Part shown: positions 61,831 to 64,000 of the stretch, piece by piece
Layout of the letters: each line of letters begins with the position of its first letter
How positions within the stretch are numbered: position 1 is the first letter of the stretch
DNA from: Felis catus
Taxonomy: Eukaryota
Assembly (NCBI RefSeq): GCF_018350175.1
Contig: NC_058368.1
Coordinates: forward strand, 35,156,001 to 35,220,000
Direction: 5' to 3'
DNA length: 64,000 nt
Notes under the pieces: model-generated
Databases searched by the model: none
Seen by the model: only the letters and a program-made list of their open reading frames with translations
What the model was told of the DNA's origin: nothing
Made by a program: the position numbers and the translations under genes

Positions 61831-62723
61831 TGTAATAGTTAATTTTATGTGTCAACTTGTCTGGGCTAAGGGATACCCAGATAGCTAGTAAAACATTCTT
61901 TCTGAGTGTGTTTGTGAGGGCATTCTGGAAGAGATTAGCATTTGGGTCAACAGAGTAAATAAAGATCACCCTCACCAGTGTGGGTAGGCATCCTGCAATC
62001 CAATCCACTGAAGGACTAATTAGAACAAAAGGGCAGAGGAACAACGTCCCTGATTTGGGACATCCCTCTTCCTCTGCCCTCAGATACTGGGGTTTCTGGT
62101 CATCAGGCCTTTGGATCCACACTGGGACTTACATCATTTTAGCCCTCCCCATCAACTTTCAGGCCTTGGACTGAGAAGCACACTATCAACCATGGTTCTG
62201 ATGTCTTTGGATTCAGACTAAATTACACTACCACGCTTCCTGATTCTCTAGCTTACAGATGACAGATTCTCAGACTTCTCAACTTCCACGATCACATGGG
62301 ACAATTCCTATAAAAAAAGGGGGGGGTGTCTGGGGTTCAGTCAATTAAGCATCTAACTTCAGCTTGGGTCATGATCTCACAGTTTGTGAGTCTGAGCCCT
62401 GCATCAGGCTCTGTGCTGACAGCTCAGAGCCTGGAGCCTGCTTTGGATTCTGTGTTTCCCTCTCTCTCTGCCCCAGCTCATGCTCTCTCTCTCTAAAATA
62501 AACAAACATTAAATTTTTTTAATTAAAAATAATAATCTCTCTCTTTCTCTTTCTCTCTCTCTCTATATATAGGAGATATAGAATATAATTTTATAATATA
62601 TAAACTATGATACATGGAATATATCATAATGCATATAATTTTATAATTTTAATTCATATAATTAAAATTTTATAAGTTTAATTATATGTCATAATTGTTG
62701 GTCCCATTTCTCTGACTAGTACC
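61831..62723 (+). mobile_element. ERVL solo LTR (MLT2D-like) with a nested SINE and an AT-rich tract
   Basis: Starts tgtaatagttaattttatgtgtcaactt...gggctaagggatacccagatagct; ends ...tttctctgactagtacc; TSD taggc/taggg. Confidence 0.9.
62323..62530 (+). mobile_element. Can-SINE (SINEC_Fc type) inside the MLT2
   Basis: Head, gctgacagctcagagcctggagcctgc, CT tract and tail. Confidence 0.93.
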
Positions 62724-62741
62724 TAGGGAAAGGTAATTTGA

Positions 62742-62895
62742 TCATGATCTCATGGTTTGTGGGTTCGAGCCCCATGTCAGGCTCTGCGCTGACAGCTCAG
62801 AGCCTGGAGCCTGCTTCAAATTCTGTGTCTCCCTCTCTCTCTGCCCCTCCTCCCCCTCTCAAAAATAAACAAACATTACAAAAAATTAAAAAATA
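62742..62895 (+). mobile_element. 5'-truncated Can-SINE (SINEC_Fc type)
   Basis: Begins at tcatgatctcatgg; lacks the A-box head. Confidence 0.92.
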
Positions 62896-63657
62896 GAAAA
62901 TAGATTGTGATTGATATGGTAGTTGAGGAAGTGAAGGAGTCATAGTTTTCTTCCAGATTTCTTGTTTAACAAGTAAATTAAAGTGTAATTTTCTAAACTG
63001 GGCAGTAGTTTGGTGATATAGAACTCAATTTTTTACCTGATGAATCTGAGATACTTTGAGACAGTCAAGTAACTAAACTGGCAGTTGTGCAGTAAGGTCT
63101 GAAGCTCAGAGAAGAGAGATGAGCTGAAGATCCTAATTTTATATGGTAACTAAGACAATGGCATTGATGGGGTTCTCTAGGGAAGAATACAGAATAAGAA
63201 GAAATCCTAGACTAAGTCTTAAGAAATTTCAACATTTATAAGCCAGATACAGGAAGATAGCATGATACAAAGAAACAGAGAAGGCTCATAGGCAGGAGAG
63301 AATTTAGGATAATATGATGTTGAGAAAGTCCGGGGAAGAGAGAGTTGTAGGAAGGATATAGTCAATATCATTAAATAATGCTAGAAGATCAAATTAGAAA
63401 GTACTGTTACTGAAAAGTGCCCACTGAGCAGAGAAATATGGAGGAATTCTGTGACTCAGTGAGAGCTCTTTTGGGCAGTAACAGAGCAGAAATTAGACTG
63501 AAGTGACTTAGGAGTGGAAGGGAAACAAATGCAGACAGCAAGTTTGAGGAGCTATATTATAAAGACAGTTTTTTGGTTTTGTTTATTTAAATGAGAGACT
63601 TAAACATGTTTAGATGCCTATGGGATAAAGTAAGTCAGTCATGACATTTTAAATGCT

Positions 63658-63732
63658 CATGTGTATCCACAAATACACACACGTGTATACATATATATGT
63701 ATATATACATACACACATATACATATGTGACA
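63658..63732. repeat. Mixed (TA)/(CA)/(TG) alternating purine-pyrimidine tract
   Basis: Direct reading. Confidence 0.85.
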
Positions 63733-64000
63733 CAGAGATGTAAGAGTAAAGAGGAAGGGAGTGGGGAGTAGAAAACAGGAGGGGAAGGGAGAGGAAGGGA
63801 AAAAAGAAGGGAAGGTAAAGATTGATAACAAAAGGTTCTCAGGAAGACAGGAGGGCAAATGGGAGCCAAAGTATACTGGAGGGTCTGGACTCAGATCGGC
63901 AATGAGGAAACATCTCCAGTATAAAATAAGTCAAAGAGGAATTACTGTGAACAGATGCAGGTAGACTGGTACATTTTATATATTTATATTTATATTTATA

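Larger units (their letters stand above)
61155..63640 (-). mobile_element. Long L2 (antisense) interrupted by an MLT2 LTR and SINEs
   Basis: acaaatatttatagaatgtctataatgtg...gtgctggtgatacaaatgatgagcaaaa...agtccctattctc; resumes after about 62900 (ggtctgaagctcagagaagagag...aatgctagaagatcaaattag). Confidence 0.75.

Overview
AT-rich mammalian genomic DNA, almost certainly from a felid (cat family), judged by about 26 tRNA-derived Can-SINEs that include young Felidae-type SINEC_Fc copies. I find no convincing protein-coding gene, RNA gene, CpG-island promoter or CRISPR array, so the window looks intergenic or deep-intronic. The ORFs in the supplied track are explained by SINE, L1 or LTR sequence, or by chance. 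The window is a layered record of transposable elements: ancient MIR, L2 and L3/CR1; L1M-type LINEs; MaLR (MLT1) and ERVL (MLT2, LTR16) LTRs; Tigger8 and hAT MITEs; a solo ERV LTR; a 5'-truncated carnivore L1; and SINEs of several ages, many with readable target-site duplications (TSDs). The structures not explained by these families are three interlocked inverted repeats at 26790-26858, a hairpin-flanked tandem duplication at 60405-60493, a tail-to-tail inverted SINE pair with overlapping TSDs at 32721-33197, and a compact YY1/RBPJ motif cluster at 29515-29560. I do not see evidence for a new multi-component biological system. Repeat subfamily names come from my recall of consensus sequences, not from a database search, and boundaries of old repeats are approximate.
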